A stretch of 64,000 nucleotides of DNA from Bacteroidota bacterium (lineage in GTDB: Bacteria > Bacteroidota > Rhodothermia > Rhodothermales > Bin80), in NCBI GenBank assembly GCA_026709065.1, contig JAPOTS010000024.1:6959-70958 (forward strand), in the 5' to 3' direction. The notes beneath the pieces were generated by a model. It was given only the letters and a program-made list of their open reading frames with translations. It searched no databases and was not told the DNA's origin. Positions 31,404 to 41,681 of this stretch are shown here, piece by piece; position 1 is the first letter of the stretch, and each line of letters opens with the position of its first letter. A program made the position numbers and the translations under genes.

Positions 31404-31589
31404 TTAGAGAATCGATTCTCGTAACTGAGTATAAGATCGTATCTCGGCAATGATATTGGAAGAAGGCATGTTACCAATCCGTTCAGTTAGTTCATTCGCT
31501 TCGTCTGAATCAAGCCCAGATTTTCGAAGCAGTTTAGATATTCGTAAAAACTCTAAGTTTGAGTTTTTCTTCATAATAGATCTAAACAT
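31404..31589 (-). CDS. Small helical protein; possibly the 5' part of a frameshifted tail-anchored (DUF1640-like) gene
   Basis: 61-aa ORF. The -1 frame immediately downstream encodes a TM helix (TVLTWAIGFAGLVISAAIVFGG) ending at about 31311. Confidence 0.35.
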   Translation of the reverse strand: MFRSIMKKNSNLEFLRISKLLRKSGLDSDEANELTERIGNMPSSNIIAEIRSYTQLRESIL

Positions 31590-31807
31590 TGGGTTAATGG
31601 GGGTTGTTTCAAGTTTCAGACACCGCCAGTGAGCAATTCTACTGGGGTAGTATCAGAAAAAAGACGGGATAGACAAGCCTATTAAACCTGTCTAATGCTC
31701 ATATGGTAGCAAGCATACCGCTATAACGTCTGTTAAGTCACACTTCCGCTTGGGACTAATTGCCCCGCAAGGAGTCTATCGGTGACTAGCCAAAAACTTC
31801 GGTTCTA

Positions 31808-31995
31808 TCACGAATCGTGTGGGTACAGGTCTAAACCTCCGCAGAAGAAGATAATAGCAATGCGGAAGTTTTCAAACCTTCTGTATCCTCTCCCAATAGT
31901 TTTGATCTCTTTGATTTTTCCGTCATTTCTCCGCTTTTTCCATTGGACTGTGGATAAATAATGCATTGTAGACTCGATACATAAACATCTACTGG
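31808..31995 (-). pseudogene. ISL3-like transposase C-terminal remnant
   Basis: The minus-strand frame reads ...QWKKRRNDGKIKEIKTIGRGYRRFENFRIAIIFFCGGLDLYPHDS*. The G(Y/F)R.FENFR.R motif is typical of ISL3 transposase tails. The upstream part is degenerate. Confidence 0.5.
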
Positions 31996-32116
31996 ATGTA
32001 GTCTCATATCTATTTGCACATTATAATAGACCAGCGAGATCCTAATTTAGTTAGTGAAGCAACAAGGATTCTATTAATGTATCTTGTATGAAAAAATAAC
32101 TGTGGTAGAACCAAAA

Positions 32117-32323
32117 TCAATGGTTTCCACACAAAACGTGGTAGAACCATCTTGCTGTGTCCTGAGGAAGAACCACTTTGCAGGCGATTAAACAGTACAT
32201 TGAGACATAGTAGTTACTCAAACGCTTTACATCCTCCGACGAAAGTACGGGGTTTTACGGCGCATGAGATAAACGCGAACACGTCTCCACTGCTTCCAAT
32301 TCCGAAGTACACCACTGGCTTAT
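32117..32323 (-). pseudogene. IS5/IS4-type (DDE_Tnp_1) transposase C-terminal remnant
   Basis: The minus-strand frame ISQWCTSELEAVETCSRLSHAP*NPVLSSEDVKRLSNYYVSMYCLIAC resembles RW.VER.F.WL...RRLS.DYE... and carries an in-frame stop. A 12-bp direct repeat GTGGTAGAACCA sits at 32102 and 32138. Confidence 0.4.
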
Positions 32324-32414
32324 TGACATATACATTAGAAGCAATCGCCAAGATAACTAGGCATATGCTCAAACATTATTAGGCAGTACTTTTAATTGTT
32401 GCCTCTATCAATGG

Positions 32415-34028
32415 CTATAATTCCAGATTAGGATCAAGATTTTCGATGACTTCGGTATACCTGCGAAGAAATGCAATCCCCATCGCACCGTCAATGATTC
32501 TATGATCATATGAGAGAGAAAGAATCATCATATGCCGAATTCCTATACTATCTCCATGAATAGGATGCTCAATGACAACTGGGCGCTTAATAATCGTTCC
32601 AGTCGCTAAAATAGCGACTTGAGGTTGCAAGATGATGGGAGTTCCCATCATTGATCCAAGTGATCCTACGTTCGTCAATGTGAAGGTCCCTCCTTGAAGA
32701 TCATCAGGTAATAACTCCGATGCCCGAGCACGATGGGCTAAATCATGAGATGCATGTGCTAATCCTGTTATACTCAGCCTTCCTGCATGTCGTATGACAG
32801 GTACAATTAATCCTGACTTGATCGCCACTGCCATTCCAATATGATAGTCCTTGCGAATTAGAATTTTATCTCCATCCACTGAACTATTAAGCGTGGGGAA
32901 GTCACGAAGAGCTTCCACGGCAGCATATACAAAAAACGGTGCATATGTGAGGTTAATCCCATCACGCTCTAAAAAAGCGGCTTTGTTTGCTTCACGAATT
33001 TGAACTAACTGTGAGACATCAACCTCGGCAAATGACGTCACATGAGCCGCTGTGCGGCGCGACAAAGTCATATGCTCTGCAATCAATTGCCGCATCCGAT
33101 CCATCTTAACAACTTCAATACGTCCCTGCCCGTTAACCGAAGGACTCGTATCAGCTTCAGTAGATATCTCTCTAAGCTTAGAAGGAGCATCTTTACGAGA
33201 TGATTGGGATGCAACCGTTTGACGCATATGGATATGGTTTAGCAGATCTTTTTTTGTGATCCGTCCATCTCTTCCAGAACCATTAATCCCAGTCAACTCC
33301 TCAGGAGAGATATTTTCTGCCTTGACCATACTACGCACCAACGGACTGAGAAAACGTCCATCCTCCGAATGCTTCTCAGTCTGTGTGGGCTGCTGAGGTG
33401 TATAATCTGTAACCATCTCTGATACGGCCGGTTCTGCCTGTTGAGACTCAGAATCAATCTTGGACTCGGTCACATCTGATACAACTTCAGAACCAATCAC
33501 AGCGATTGTCGTGCCCACATTAACGGTTTCGCCCTCTGGCACGAGGATTTCTTTCAAGATTCCAGTAATAGGGGCTGGCACATCGGTATCTACTTTATCC
33601 GTTCCAATTTCTAAGAGTGTTTCGTCTAACTCAACAACATCTCCTATCTGTTTGTGCCAAGTAATGACGGTCCCCTCGGTAATGCTTTCTCCCATTTTTG
33701 GCATCACAACCGAAGTGTCAACAACTGAAAATTCAGATGAAGAAGAAACTTGTGGCTCTGGCGTTGGCTGCTCTTCAGGAGAATCCTTCCCTGTTTGAAT
33801 GAGTGCAATGACATGACCGACAGGAACTGTTTCTCCTTCAGGAGTGAGTATTTTAGATAATACACCAGTAACAGGAGCTGGGACATCGGTATCTACTTTA
33901 TCCGTTCCAATTTCAAGAAGCGTCTCATCTAATTCAACAGGGTCTCCTTCTTTTTTATGCCAAGTAATGACAGAACCCTCTGTGATACTCTCGCCCATCT
34001 TGGGCATTGGAACCTCAACCTTAGCCAT
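32415..34028 (-). CDS. 2-oxoacid dehydrogenase E2 (dihydrolipoamide acyltransferase) with two lipoyl domains
   Basis: Two repeats of PKMGESITEG..I..WHK...LLEIGTDKVDTDVPAP, a peripheral subunit-binding domain (SPLVRSM), and the catalytic SYDHRIIDGA. No E1 or E3 gene is adjacent. Confidence 0.92.
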   Translation of the reverse strand: MAKVEVPMPKMGESITEGSVITWHKKEGDPVELDETLLEIGTDKVDTDVPAPVTGVLSKILTPEGETVPVGHVIALIQTGKDSPEEQPTPEPQVSSSSEFSVVDTSVVMPKMGESITEGTVITWHKQIGDVVELDETLLEIGTDKVDTDVPAPITGILKEILVPEGETVNVGTTIAVIGSEVVSDVTESKIDSESQQAEPAVSEMVTDYTPQQPTQTEKHSEDGRFLSPLVRSMVKAENISPEELTGINGSGRDGRITKKDLLNHIHMRQTVASQSSRKDAPSKLREISTEADTSPSVNGQGRIEVVKMDRMRQLIAEHMTLSRRTAAHVTSFAEVDVSQLVQIREANKAAFLERDGINLTYAPFFVYAAVEALRDFPTLNSSVDGDKILIRKDYHIGMAVAIKSGLIVPVIRHAGRLSITGLAHASHDLAHRARASELLPDDLQGGTFTLTNVGSLGSMMGTPIILQPQVAILATGTIIKRPVVIEHPIHGDSIGIRHMMILSLSYDHRIIDGAMGIAFLRRYTEVIENLDPNLEL

Positions 34029-34664
34029 GGAACTGATGATTTTTAGTAGAATAGATTTTGTTAACGAATCAACCTAACCAATTAGGTAGATTAATTATTC
34101 CAAGAAATGTATTGTATATACTAAACGTTGAGTTTGTTTCTAATTTTTGCAAAAGATGTCTCAACACTAGTCAGATAACCCAGAGATAGATTTAATGGAG
34201 ACACTGACAATATTTATTTAGCGAAGATCCTGATTACTGATCATTTAGCAGCCCAGCCATCTTGATTTTATTATGATTAGACCCATATTTTAATGGATTT
34301 AAATCAACAGAATAATGGAAGTACTTCGGCGTTGAAAAGATCTTTCAGATCATCATAGTCCTATATATCTTTACACCTTATGGATTTAAACGAATGATAC
34401 AATGGATTCTCCCTCTTCACACGATAAGATCAATCATCAACACAACCCCTAACTATCAGCTTCAAAAGATTCCCTATTGATCATCCATTACGCGGGTTCA
34501 TGGGCGATCATGGCTTACCTGTAGCATAGAGATGATAGCAAATTTTTAGAGATCTGGATTGCTTAACCACACCTGCACTGAGGTGATCAAGAAATTCATG
34601 CATCAGTGACTCTACCGAGTCGCTGAATAAGTATGAACTCATCGCTCCTTTCCTGATCCACCAG

Positions 34665-35780
34665 CTACTTCCCACTCGCATAGTTCTCCACTAGCCAGGA
34701 GTACAGGGAGGGGATGGGAATGCCATAGAGTCCGTCCTCCCGCTCGTTAAGGATACCTTGGTGGAGGGCTAACCTAAACTTCTCCTCTGCGACCTCTTTA
34801 GAATACCCTTTATAGAGAGCATTAACCACTTCGCGCTTCCGCACAGTGCCATTGATGGGTATTTTGGCGAAAACACTCGCAATTGCCTCGCGCTGTCCAT
34901 AGGTTATATCATGAGCGCGGGCATTGTAGTAGTCCTCTTGGGCACTACGTCCCTCAGATAGGGCATCCTCTAAGTCGGAGGTAGATGATGGACGCTCTAA
35001 AGATGCGAGAACAAGCCCAGCTGCATGAGCGTAGCAGACAAGATGTTGGGGCCACCCTTGGGATCGCGATGCAAGGAGGTCTAACCAGTTCTCTGGCACC
35101 TCACAGCCGAATTCGCCGCAAACGTAATCGCGAATGACCTCCTTAGCGGGCCCCTGATCAATGGGTCCAAGCCTCACTCTATTCGCGCTCGTAATCCGTG
35201 ATACTCCAAGAGAGCCAAAAGCCTGTATAGATGTATCCAGCCCGCCCGCCAGAAAAACCACAGGGTGCCCTATTTTTCCGTTATGTAGAGTCTCCAGTAC
35301 AGCCTGAGCAACTTTTTTGTCTTGAGGGATCTCAGCGAGGATTTGGAGATGCTGTGCCTCGTCCAAGACCAGTAGGAGGGGCTGGGCACGGGCCGCGGAG
35401 CGAATGATGTCAGATACGCTGGGACTCTTTTCCTTTTCGCTCTGCCAGAAATGCTTATACACTGGGAGGTTTAAGGTGGCACTACCTGTTTTTCTGGACT
35501 TGTATTTTACCCCAAGGGTATCCGCCATCTCCACGGGATTTGCGAATTTCTCGGGGGTCATCTGAGTGTTGACACACCACCCCATCTTGGATGCGTCATC
35601 GGAGAGCACAGAAAGGAGTGCGGATTTACCTGCACCTGGTGCACCCGTAATAAGGATGATGGAACCGCCGCGAAGTTGCTCGTAATGATTGAGTCGCCCC
35701 GAGAAGAATGTGCGTATATCATCTCGACCATGAAAATACTTTGAGGGACCCCGATCATCGGGAGAAGTGGGAAGATGCAT
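34665..35780 (-). CDS. Orphan P-loop NTPase, AAA_16/Arch_ATPase (STAND-like) architecture
   Basis: FHGRDD..., Walker A ITGAPGAGKSALL, Walker B LLLVLDEAQHL, then helical and probable winged-helix regions. GC is visibly higher than in the flanks. Confidence 0.85.
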   Translation of the reverse strand: MHLPTSPDDRGPSKYFHGRDDIRTFFSGRLNHYEQLRGGSIILITGAPGAGKSALLSVLSDDASKMGWCVNTQMTPEKFANPVEMADTLGVKYKSRKTGSATLNLPVYKHFWQSEKEKSPSVSDIIRSAARAQPLLLVLDEAQHLQILAEIPQDKKVAQAVLETLHNGKIGHPVVFLAGGLDTSIQAFGSLGVSRITSANRVRLGPIDQGPAKEVIRDYVCGEFGCEVPENWLDLLASRSQGWPQHLVCYAHAAGLVLASLERPSSTSDLEDALSEGRSAQEDYYNARAHDITYGQREAIASVFAKIPINGTVRKREVVNALYKGYSKEVAEEKFRLALHQGILNEREDGLYGIPIPSLYSWLVENYASGK

Positions 35781-36040
35781 CTAGATAAGTCTCTTTTCTG
35801 ATACTTTCAAGACCGCGAAATTAAAGGGTATGTGAATATAAAATATACTGAAAAGATGGGAATCCGTTTGATTTATCCGCAACGATTAAATATAATTGGA
35901 GACTCTCCTACCCGCACTAAAATTAGTTGGCACACGGATATAATCCAGTTTTAATCTGCTATTGCGTCAACGCCTAACTCCAACCAATATTGTTCTCGTG
36001 TCAAATGAATACAATGGTCCAAGTGCTAGACCATCATTGA

Positions 36041-38149
36041 TTACAATAATGGAGCAATGACCAGAGCAACAACGGCGATCAATTTGATCAAAATATTTAA
36101 ACTTGGCCCCGATGTATCTTTGAAAGGATCTCCTACCGTGTCTCCAACAATCGCTGCCTTATGCGCTTCACTCCCCTTGCCTATGGTTTCACCATTAATC
36201 GTTATCCCACCTTCAATACGCTTCTTAGCATTATCCCATGCACCCCCCGCATTAGATTGAAATATGGCAAATAATACCCCCGAGACAGTCACTCCTACCA
36301 ACAACCCACCTAACATATCAATACTGATCATCCCAACAATCACTGGTAAAAGAATAGCTAATAATCCGGGGGCAACCATTTCGCGAATCGCAGCTGCTGT
36401 TGAGATATCAACACACTTGGCATATTCCGCTGGGGCGGTTCCATCACGCAACCCTGGAATTTCATTGAACTGGCGCCCGACTTCAACAATCATATCAGCG
36501 GAGGCCCGTCCTACCGCACTCATTGCCATGGCGCTAAATACATAGGGAAGCGTCGCACCTATCAACAGACCTGCTAAAATATTCGGCTGAGCGACATTAA
36601 TGGTTTCAATTCCCGTCTGTTGCATGAATGCTGCAAATAATGCTAATGCTGTCAAGGCTGCTGATCCAATGGCAAATCCTTTTCCAATCGCAGCAGTCGT
36701 ATTACCAACCGCATCCAGTTTATCGGTTCTTTCTCTCACCTCAGCAGGCAAATGCGTCATCTCTGCAATTCCTCCTGCATTATCACTGATTGGCCCATAA
36801 GCATCTACAGCTAATTGAATTCCAGTTACAGATAACATTCCAACGGCAGCGATCGCGATTCCATAAAGTCCAGCCGTAGAAAATGCACCAACAATGGCTA
36901 ATGCAAGCACTAACGCAGGTACACCAGTGGAATACATCCCCGTCCCTAATCCAGAAATGATATTTGTAGCAGCGCCAGTAATACTTTGTTTAGCAATTCG
37001 ATACGTCGGCTGAGTGGTAGTTGCCGTGAAGTATTCAGTGGCTAATCCAATTAAAACACCCGCTGTAAGGCCTATGAGCATCGCGAAAAAAACACCAACA
37101 GCAGTGTAAGAACGCTCACCAACAATACTTGTCGTTGCGACCCATTCGCTGGGCAACATCCAAGAAATAACGAAAAATGCAAGTACTGCCATGACTGCAC
37201 TTGCCCCAAATTCCCCGAGGTTCAGTCCTCTCTGGGGGTTACCACCTTCTTTGACACGGACAAAAAACGACCCAAGAATTGACACAATAATTCCTACAGC
37301 ACCTAACACCAATGGCAACAATACTGCACTGAGACTTCCAAATGCTGCACTTGAGCCGTTGAAGACGGTTAGAAATCCTGTTCCTAATACCATTGCCCCA
37401 ATGATTGATCCTACATAACTCTCAAATAGGTCTGCACCCATTCCTGCGACATCTCCTACATTATCTCCTACATTATCAGCAATAGTGGCTGGATTGCGGG
37501 GATCATCCTCAGGAATCCCCTCATAAACCTTACCCGCAAGATCAGCTCCAACGTCGGCAGCCTTCGTATAGATCCCACCCCCAACACGTGCAAATAGCGC
37601 AATTGAGGATGCGCCTAGTGAGAATCCAGAAATGACTTCAATCACACGGATTGGGGTCCAATTAGTCAACTCAGTATACACTAAAAACAGTCCTCCTAGC
37701 CCTAAAATTCCAAGCCCTACCACACACAATCCCATAACCAATCCACCAGAGAATGCAATATTTAGCGCAGGTGCTAAGCCGGTTCTCGCAGCGTTCGTCG
37801 TCCTCACATTCGCTTTGGTAGCGACACGCATTCCGATAAACCCCGCTGCTCCACTACAAAGGGCCCCCACAAAAAACGAAACTGCAGTCATCGGTGACTG
37901 TCCAGTCTCGGAATCGCTCATCAGCCCCGTAAAGACTAAAATTGTCGCAACCGATGCCACAAAAATTGCAATGACACGATATTCTCGTTTCAGAAACGCC
38001 TGTGCTCCGCGAGCAATATATCCTGAAATCTCAACCATCTCCTGCGTGCCTGGATCCTGTCTGGAAACCCATCGTGCTCGAATCCAAGCGAATAGCAGTG
38101 CAATGACACCACAAGAGCACACGACAAGTATTAAATCAATTGATTGCAT
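36041..38149 (-). CDS. hppA: Membrane-bound proton/sodium-translocating pyrophosphatase
   Basis: 16-TM protein with [26 protein letters not shown] and GGAWDNAKK motifs. Confidence 0.95.
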   Translation of the reverse strand: MQSIDLILVVCSCGVIALLFAWIRARWVSRQDPGTQEMVEISGYIARGAQAFLKREYRVIAIFVASVATILVFTGLMSDSETGQSPMTAVSFFVGALCSGAAGFIGMRVATKANVRTTNAARTGLAPALNIAFSGGLVMGLCVVGLGILGLGGLFLVYTELTNWTPIRVIEVISGFSLGASSIALFARVGGGIYTKAADVGADLAGKVYEGIPEDDPRNPATIADNVGDNVGDVAGMGADLFESYVGSIIGAMVLGTGFLTVFNGSSAAFGSLSAVLLPLVLGAVGIIVSILGSFFVRVKEGGNPQRGLNLGEFGASAVMAVLAFFVISWMLPSEWVATTSIVGERSYTAVGVFFAMLIGLTAGVLIGLATEYFTATTTQPTYRIAKQSITGAATNIISGLGTGMYSTGVPALVLALAIVGAFSTAGLYGIAIAAVGMLSVTGIQLAVDAYGPISDNAGGIAEMTHLPAEVRERTDKLDAVGNTTAAIGKGFAIGSAALTALALFAAFMQQTGIETINVAQPNILAGLLIGATLPYVFSAMAMSAVGRASADMIVEVGRQFNEIPGLRDGTAPAEYAKCVDISTAAAIREMVAPGLLAILLPVIVGMISIDMLGGLLVGVTVSGVLFAIFQSNAGGAWDNAKKRIEGGITINGETIGKGSEAHKAAIVGDTVGDPFKDTSGPSLNILIKLIAVVALVIAPLL

Positions 38150-38225
38150 AATCTGTTAAGAATTTCAAATTAGCTTTGACAGAAGTGAATGCCACCATGA
38201 TTAATCATAACGAGTGGCATAATCG

Positions 38226-38852
38226 CTAGTTGCTCTCAGATTCAATGGCTTCTGAGAGTGTCTTTGGCATATGAGCTCGCCTGTTGAAATGATTCATTGC
38301 CATGTCAATTCCTTCAGTAACAAACATGAGCGCGGCATCGCGAGCACGATTGAGTACATCATCCATGAGTTCACTTTCATGTTGTTCAAAGCCTGAAAGA
38401 ACATAATCACGCAGATTTCCCCACTCAAATTCATTTCCAATTCCTATTCGTATTCTAGGAATATTTTTATTTTGCAAAGCATCAATGACATTCTGCATGC
38501 CATTATGACCTCCAGCGCCACCTCGGTGGCGTAATCGCAATGTGTGGACTGGTAGGCTAATATCATCAAAGATGACGAGTAATTGATGCCCCTCAATGCG
38601 CATTTTCCTTAAGAAGCTGACAGCGGATTCTCCACTCCGATTCATCCATGTCTGGGGTTTAGCGATCGTGAAAGGATACCCCCTCCAACTTACCTTGGCC
38701 GAAAGCGAGTTTGTTCTTGGGTCTGAGATTAATTCTGCTCCACAGCGATGTGCAATCCGATCAATAACTTCAAATCCAACGTTATGGCGCGTCCCTTCAT
38801 ACGCTTCACCAGGATTGCCTAATCCAATGATTAGGCGTTGTTTATGTGCCAT
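38226..38852 (-). CDS. pth: Peptidyl-tRNA hydrolase
   Basis: ORF trimmed to the ATG at 38852 (MAHKQRLIIGLGNPG..Y..TRHNVGF). Confidence 0.93.
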   Translation of the reverse strand: MAHKQRLIIGLGNPGEAYEGTRHNVGFEVIDRIAHRCGAELISDPRTNSLSAKVSWRGYPFTIAKPQTWMNRSGESAVSFLRKMRIEGHQLLVIFDDISLPVHTLRLRHRGGAGGHNGMQNVIDALQNKNIPRIRIGIGNEFEWGNLRDYVLSGFEQHESELMDDVLNRARDAALMFVTEGIDMAMNHFNRRAHMPKTLSEAIESESN

Positions 38853-38880
38853 CTGTCGGCGAACCACCAGTTGTTTGAGT

Positions 38881-39486
38881 TTATTCTTCAGTCTCTTCAT
38901 CAGACTCTACCTCCTCATCATCACCAATCGTTTCTTCCTCTTCAACGCGAGGACGAACAACCGACATTAAGATTTGATCTTTAGGGGCTAAAAATTCTAA
39001 CGCTTCCTCCTCAAGATCACGAAGATAGATGGAGTCCCCGATTTCAATGTCCCGAATATCTACATCTATTTGGGTAGGAATATCTTTAGGATAGCATACA
39101 ACGGTGAGCTCTGTCATTAGATACCTTGGGATCCCTCCTTTTGACTGCCCTTGGGATGTTCCTACAAAGTTCAATGGAATAGAGAGTGTAATTTTCTCTC
39201 CAGCCTGGAGTGCCTGAAAATCTACGTGCAGAGGACGATCGGTCACTGGATGAAAGGCTATGTCTTTCACGATACATTCCCAGCTATCATCTCCAAGGCT
39301 CAGATTCACAATATGAGTGCGATTCGTGAAGATGAGTGGATGTAGACTCTGCTCACTGGTGACAAATGGATGAGACTCTACATGTCTACCATACAAGACA
39401 CAAGGAACATTGCCTTCGCGACGGGCAGCCCTTGACGAGGCTTTACCCGCTGTTCGCGGTTGAGCATTTATTGTAATTAAGTTCAT
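38881..39486 (-). CDS. rplY: 50S ribosomal protein L25 / general stress protein Ctc
   Basis: L25/Ctc fold pattern (GNVPCVLYG, HPV...LHVDFQ) with an acidic C-terminal tail. Lies in the prs-rplY-pth arrangement. Confidence 0.9.
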   Translation of the reverse strand: MNLITINAQPRTAGKASSRAARREGNVPCVLYGRHVESHPFVTSEQSLHPLIFTNRTHIVNLSLGDDSWECIVKDIAFHPVTDRPLHVDFQALQAGEKITLSIPLNFVGTSQGQSKGGIPRYLMTELTVVCYPKDIPTQIDVDIRDIEIGDSIYLRDLEEEALEFLAPKDQILMSVVRPRVEEEETIGDDEEVESDEETEE

Positions 39487-39495
39487 GTTATTGAC

Positions 39496-40437
39496 TTATG
39501 GATTAAACAAGGTTGAGACGGAATCGTCAGTTGAAATCCTACGAATCGCATCAGCAAACATTTCCGCGACACTGACGACCTCAATACGACTAGATTGACG
39601 CTTGAGTGGAATACTATCGGTCACCAGTAGTTTACTCAACACGGAAGATTCAATCCGTTCGTAAGCTTTTCCAGATAATAGTGGGTGGGTACATGCCGCC
39701 ATGATTTCATGAGCACCAGCATCTCTAAGTGAATTGGCAGCATTTGTAAGCGTCCCTGCGGTATCAATGATATCATCAATCAATAGCACATTTTTTCCCT
39801 TAACTTCACCGATAATATTCATAATCTCTGCCTCATTGGGGTGTGGTCTACGTTTATCAATGACCGCAAGCTCAGCATCTAACTGGTTGGCATATGCTCG
39901 GGCCATTTTGATGGCCCCAACATCTGGTGCGACAACAACAAGATTATCCAACTGGATTTTTTGAAAATAACCCGCGAATACTGCGGAGGCATACAAATGA
40001 TCAACTGGGACATCAAAAAATCCCTGAATCTGCGACGCATGTAGATCCATTGTTAATAATCGATTGATGCCTGCTGTCTGCAATAGATCTGCCATCAACT
40101 TCGCAGCAATCGGAACCCGAGGCTGATCCTTTCTTTCTTGACGGGCATATCCGAAGTAAGGAATGACGGCATTGATTCTGTATGCAGACGCACGCTTGGC
40201 CGCATCAATCAATAATAAAAGCTCCATCCAATTATCGGCATTTGGATAGGTGCTTTGAACGATAAACAGATCCCTACCACGAATTGATTCTTGGTATTTG
40301 GCATACAGTTCACCGTCTGAAAAGACAACACGGCTTAACTGTCCCAGTGATTGACCGTATACTTCTGCAATCTTTTCAGCTAAGGCAGGGTTGCTACTTC
40401 CAGTAAAAATTCCAATGGGTAATTCCTGATTTGACAT
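39496..40437 (-). CDS. prs: Ribose-phosphate pyrophosphokinase
   Basis: ORF 39496..40545 trimmed to the ATG at 40437, because the extension runs through the tRNA. DLHASQIQGFF and the PRPP-binding VLLIDDIIDTAGT. Confidence 0.95.
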   Translation of the reverse strand: MSNQELPIGIFTGSSNPALAEKIAEVYGQSLGQLSRVVFSDGELYAKYQESIRGRDLFIVQSTYPNADNWMELLLLIDAAKRASAYRINAVIPYFGYARQERKDQPRVPIAAKLMADLLQTAGINRLLTMDLHASQIQGFFDVPVDHLYASAVFAGYFQKIQLDNLVVVAPDVGAIKMARAYANQLDAELAVIDKRRPHPNEAEIMNIIGEVKGKNVLLIDDIIDTAGTLTNAANSLRDAGAHEIMAACTHPLLSGKAYERIESSVLSKLLVTDSIPLKRQSSRIEVVSVAEMFADAIRRISTDDSVSTLFNP

Positions 40438-40463
40438 GGATAGATGAAACATAAACCAGCATG

Positions 40464-40534
40464 TTGCCCGGGGAGGACTCGAACCTCCACCGACGGCTCC
40501 AAAGGCCGCTGTCCTGCCATTAGACGACCGGGCA
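40464..40534 (-). tRNA. tRNA-Gln (anticodon UUG)
   Basis: Folded by hand: acceptor TGCCCGG/CCGGGCA, D arm GTCT-AATGGCA-GGAC, anticodon arm GCGGC-CTTTGGA-GCCGT, variable loop CGGT, T arm GGAGG-TTCGAGT-CCTCC, discriminator A. CCA is not encoded. Confidence 0.9.
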
Positions 40535-41681
40535 ATTCTGATCACTAAGAAAATCTATAATTAGTTATACTTATTGTTAGGATAATTTCTTTTTTATGAA
40601 ATTCATCACATTAATCCATTCAAATACGATTCGTTGATGCGATCATCAAGACAAAGTATCAGATCTTTTGTGGGATGAACCCCATATCATCGGAAAATTC
40701 AGCAAATTTTTATGAATCCTATGTTAAACTCTACAAATCAGATAATTGCTCAAAATTCTGATGAACACTTTCATTGTTGGAATTCGCATACAATTGAATA
40801 CTGAGCCTCTTAATCAACCAAGAGTCATTATTACAAAGCATCAAGGATAAGGATTTTCTATAACTGATTCCATGAAACGAACTTAATTGCTTCTTCACCG
40901 AGTTTGTTCGCAATCAAATGCGTTCTTTTTGGGCCAGACATCGGTTATAGTTTAGCGTTTTTGTCGTTGATTTTAGCCTGATCGCGCCAGATCATCACCA
41001 AAGTAATGACCTTCTCCGAATCAAATATCACTTAGATTCGTGATTAACGTATCTCATCAGACAGACATCCTATGATCAAATCAGTTGTGGTGACATGCCC
41101 AGTCTAAGTTTATCTATTGTAGTCAACTTTATCACGACCGCAAAACTAATTTAAAAAGAGGGGTTTATACAAATACGTAATTTATTGTTCCACTCATCTT
41201 GCACAACTATTAAGAATCACTCAGATGATTATTTCGGAGCTGACAGACAAATGTGGAAAACTTTCGTGTGGTCTTCGTCTAGGTTTGAGATCCATTTTTT
41301 CATGTTGATCATGTCCCTACAACTCAAAATTGCTTTGCATCGGTAGATGTGATTTTTACACTAACCCTTGAAGGGAGAATATATGAGTCGTCCAGCTTTA
41401 ATGATGTGCTCAAAACAGAGCGATAGCTTTTATTTACACACTGACACCAGAACTGCAAATCACTACAAACTGTGAGGAATATTGTTATAGTAACCGGTTA
41501 TTGAGGAGAAGATCTTCTTAGATATTGACACGGATACATTATCTGAAATGAACCGTTCTTGTTAGATGACAGTGCATAGTCAGTAGGCTCTTGTCTCCCA
41601 TAATATTCACGACGATTGAATTTTATGAGTAACCTGTAGAAATTAACCCTGAAAAATCAACATTACATAATTCTTGAAACT

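Noticed and set aside
30871-31407. A 178-aa plus-strand ORF and a 67-aa minus-strand ORF downstream of the Na/Pi transporter.
   Set aside because: The long ORF starts inside the transporter gene in another frame, and its sequence has no motifs. The 450-bp region may be decayed or non-coding, but I cannot support a gene call.
31400-31410. Programmed -1 ribosomal frameshifting joining the 61-aa ORF to the downstream TM helix.
   Set aside because: There is no slippery heptamer or obvious downstream stimulatory structure, and the locus sits in an IS-scarred, decaying region.
36057-38159. A chain of plus-strand ORFs opposite hppA (36057..36260 through 37632..38159, up to 175 aa).
   Set aside because: They are the mirror image of a codon-biased membrane-protein gene. 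hppA is full length with all its signature motifs, and the antisense products are P/A/T-rich with no recognisable features.
40438-40545. The N-terminal 36-codon extension of the prs ORF (MIRIARSSNGRTAAFGAVGGGSSPP...).
   Set aside because: The extension is the reverse-strand reading of tRNA-Gln. The canonical prs start MSNQELPIGIF is at 40437.
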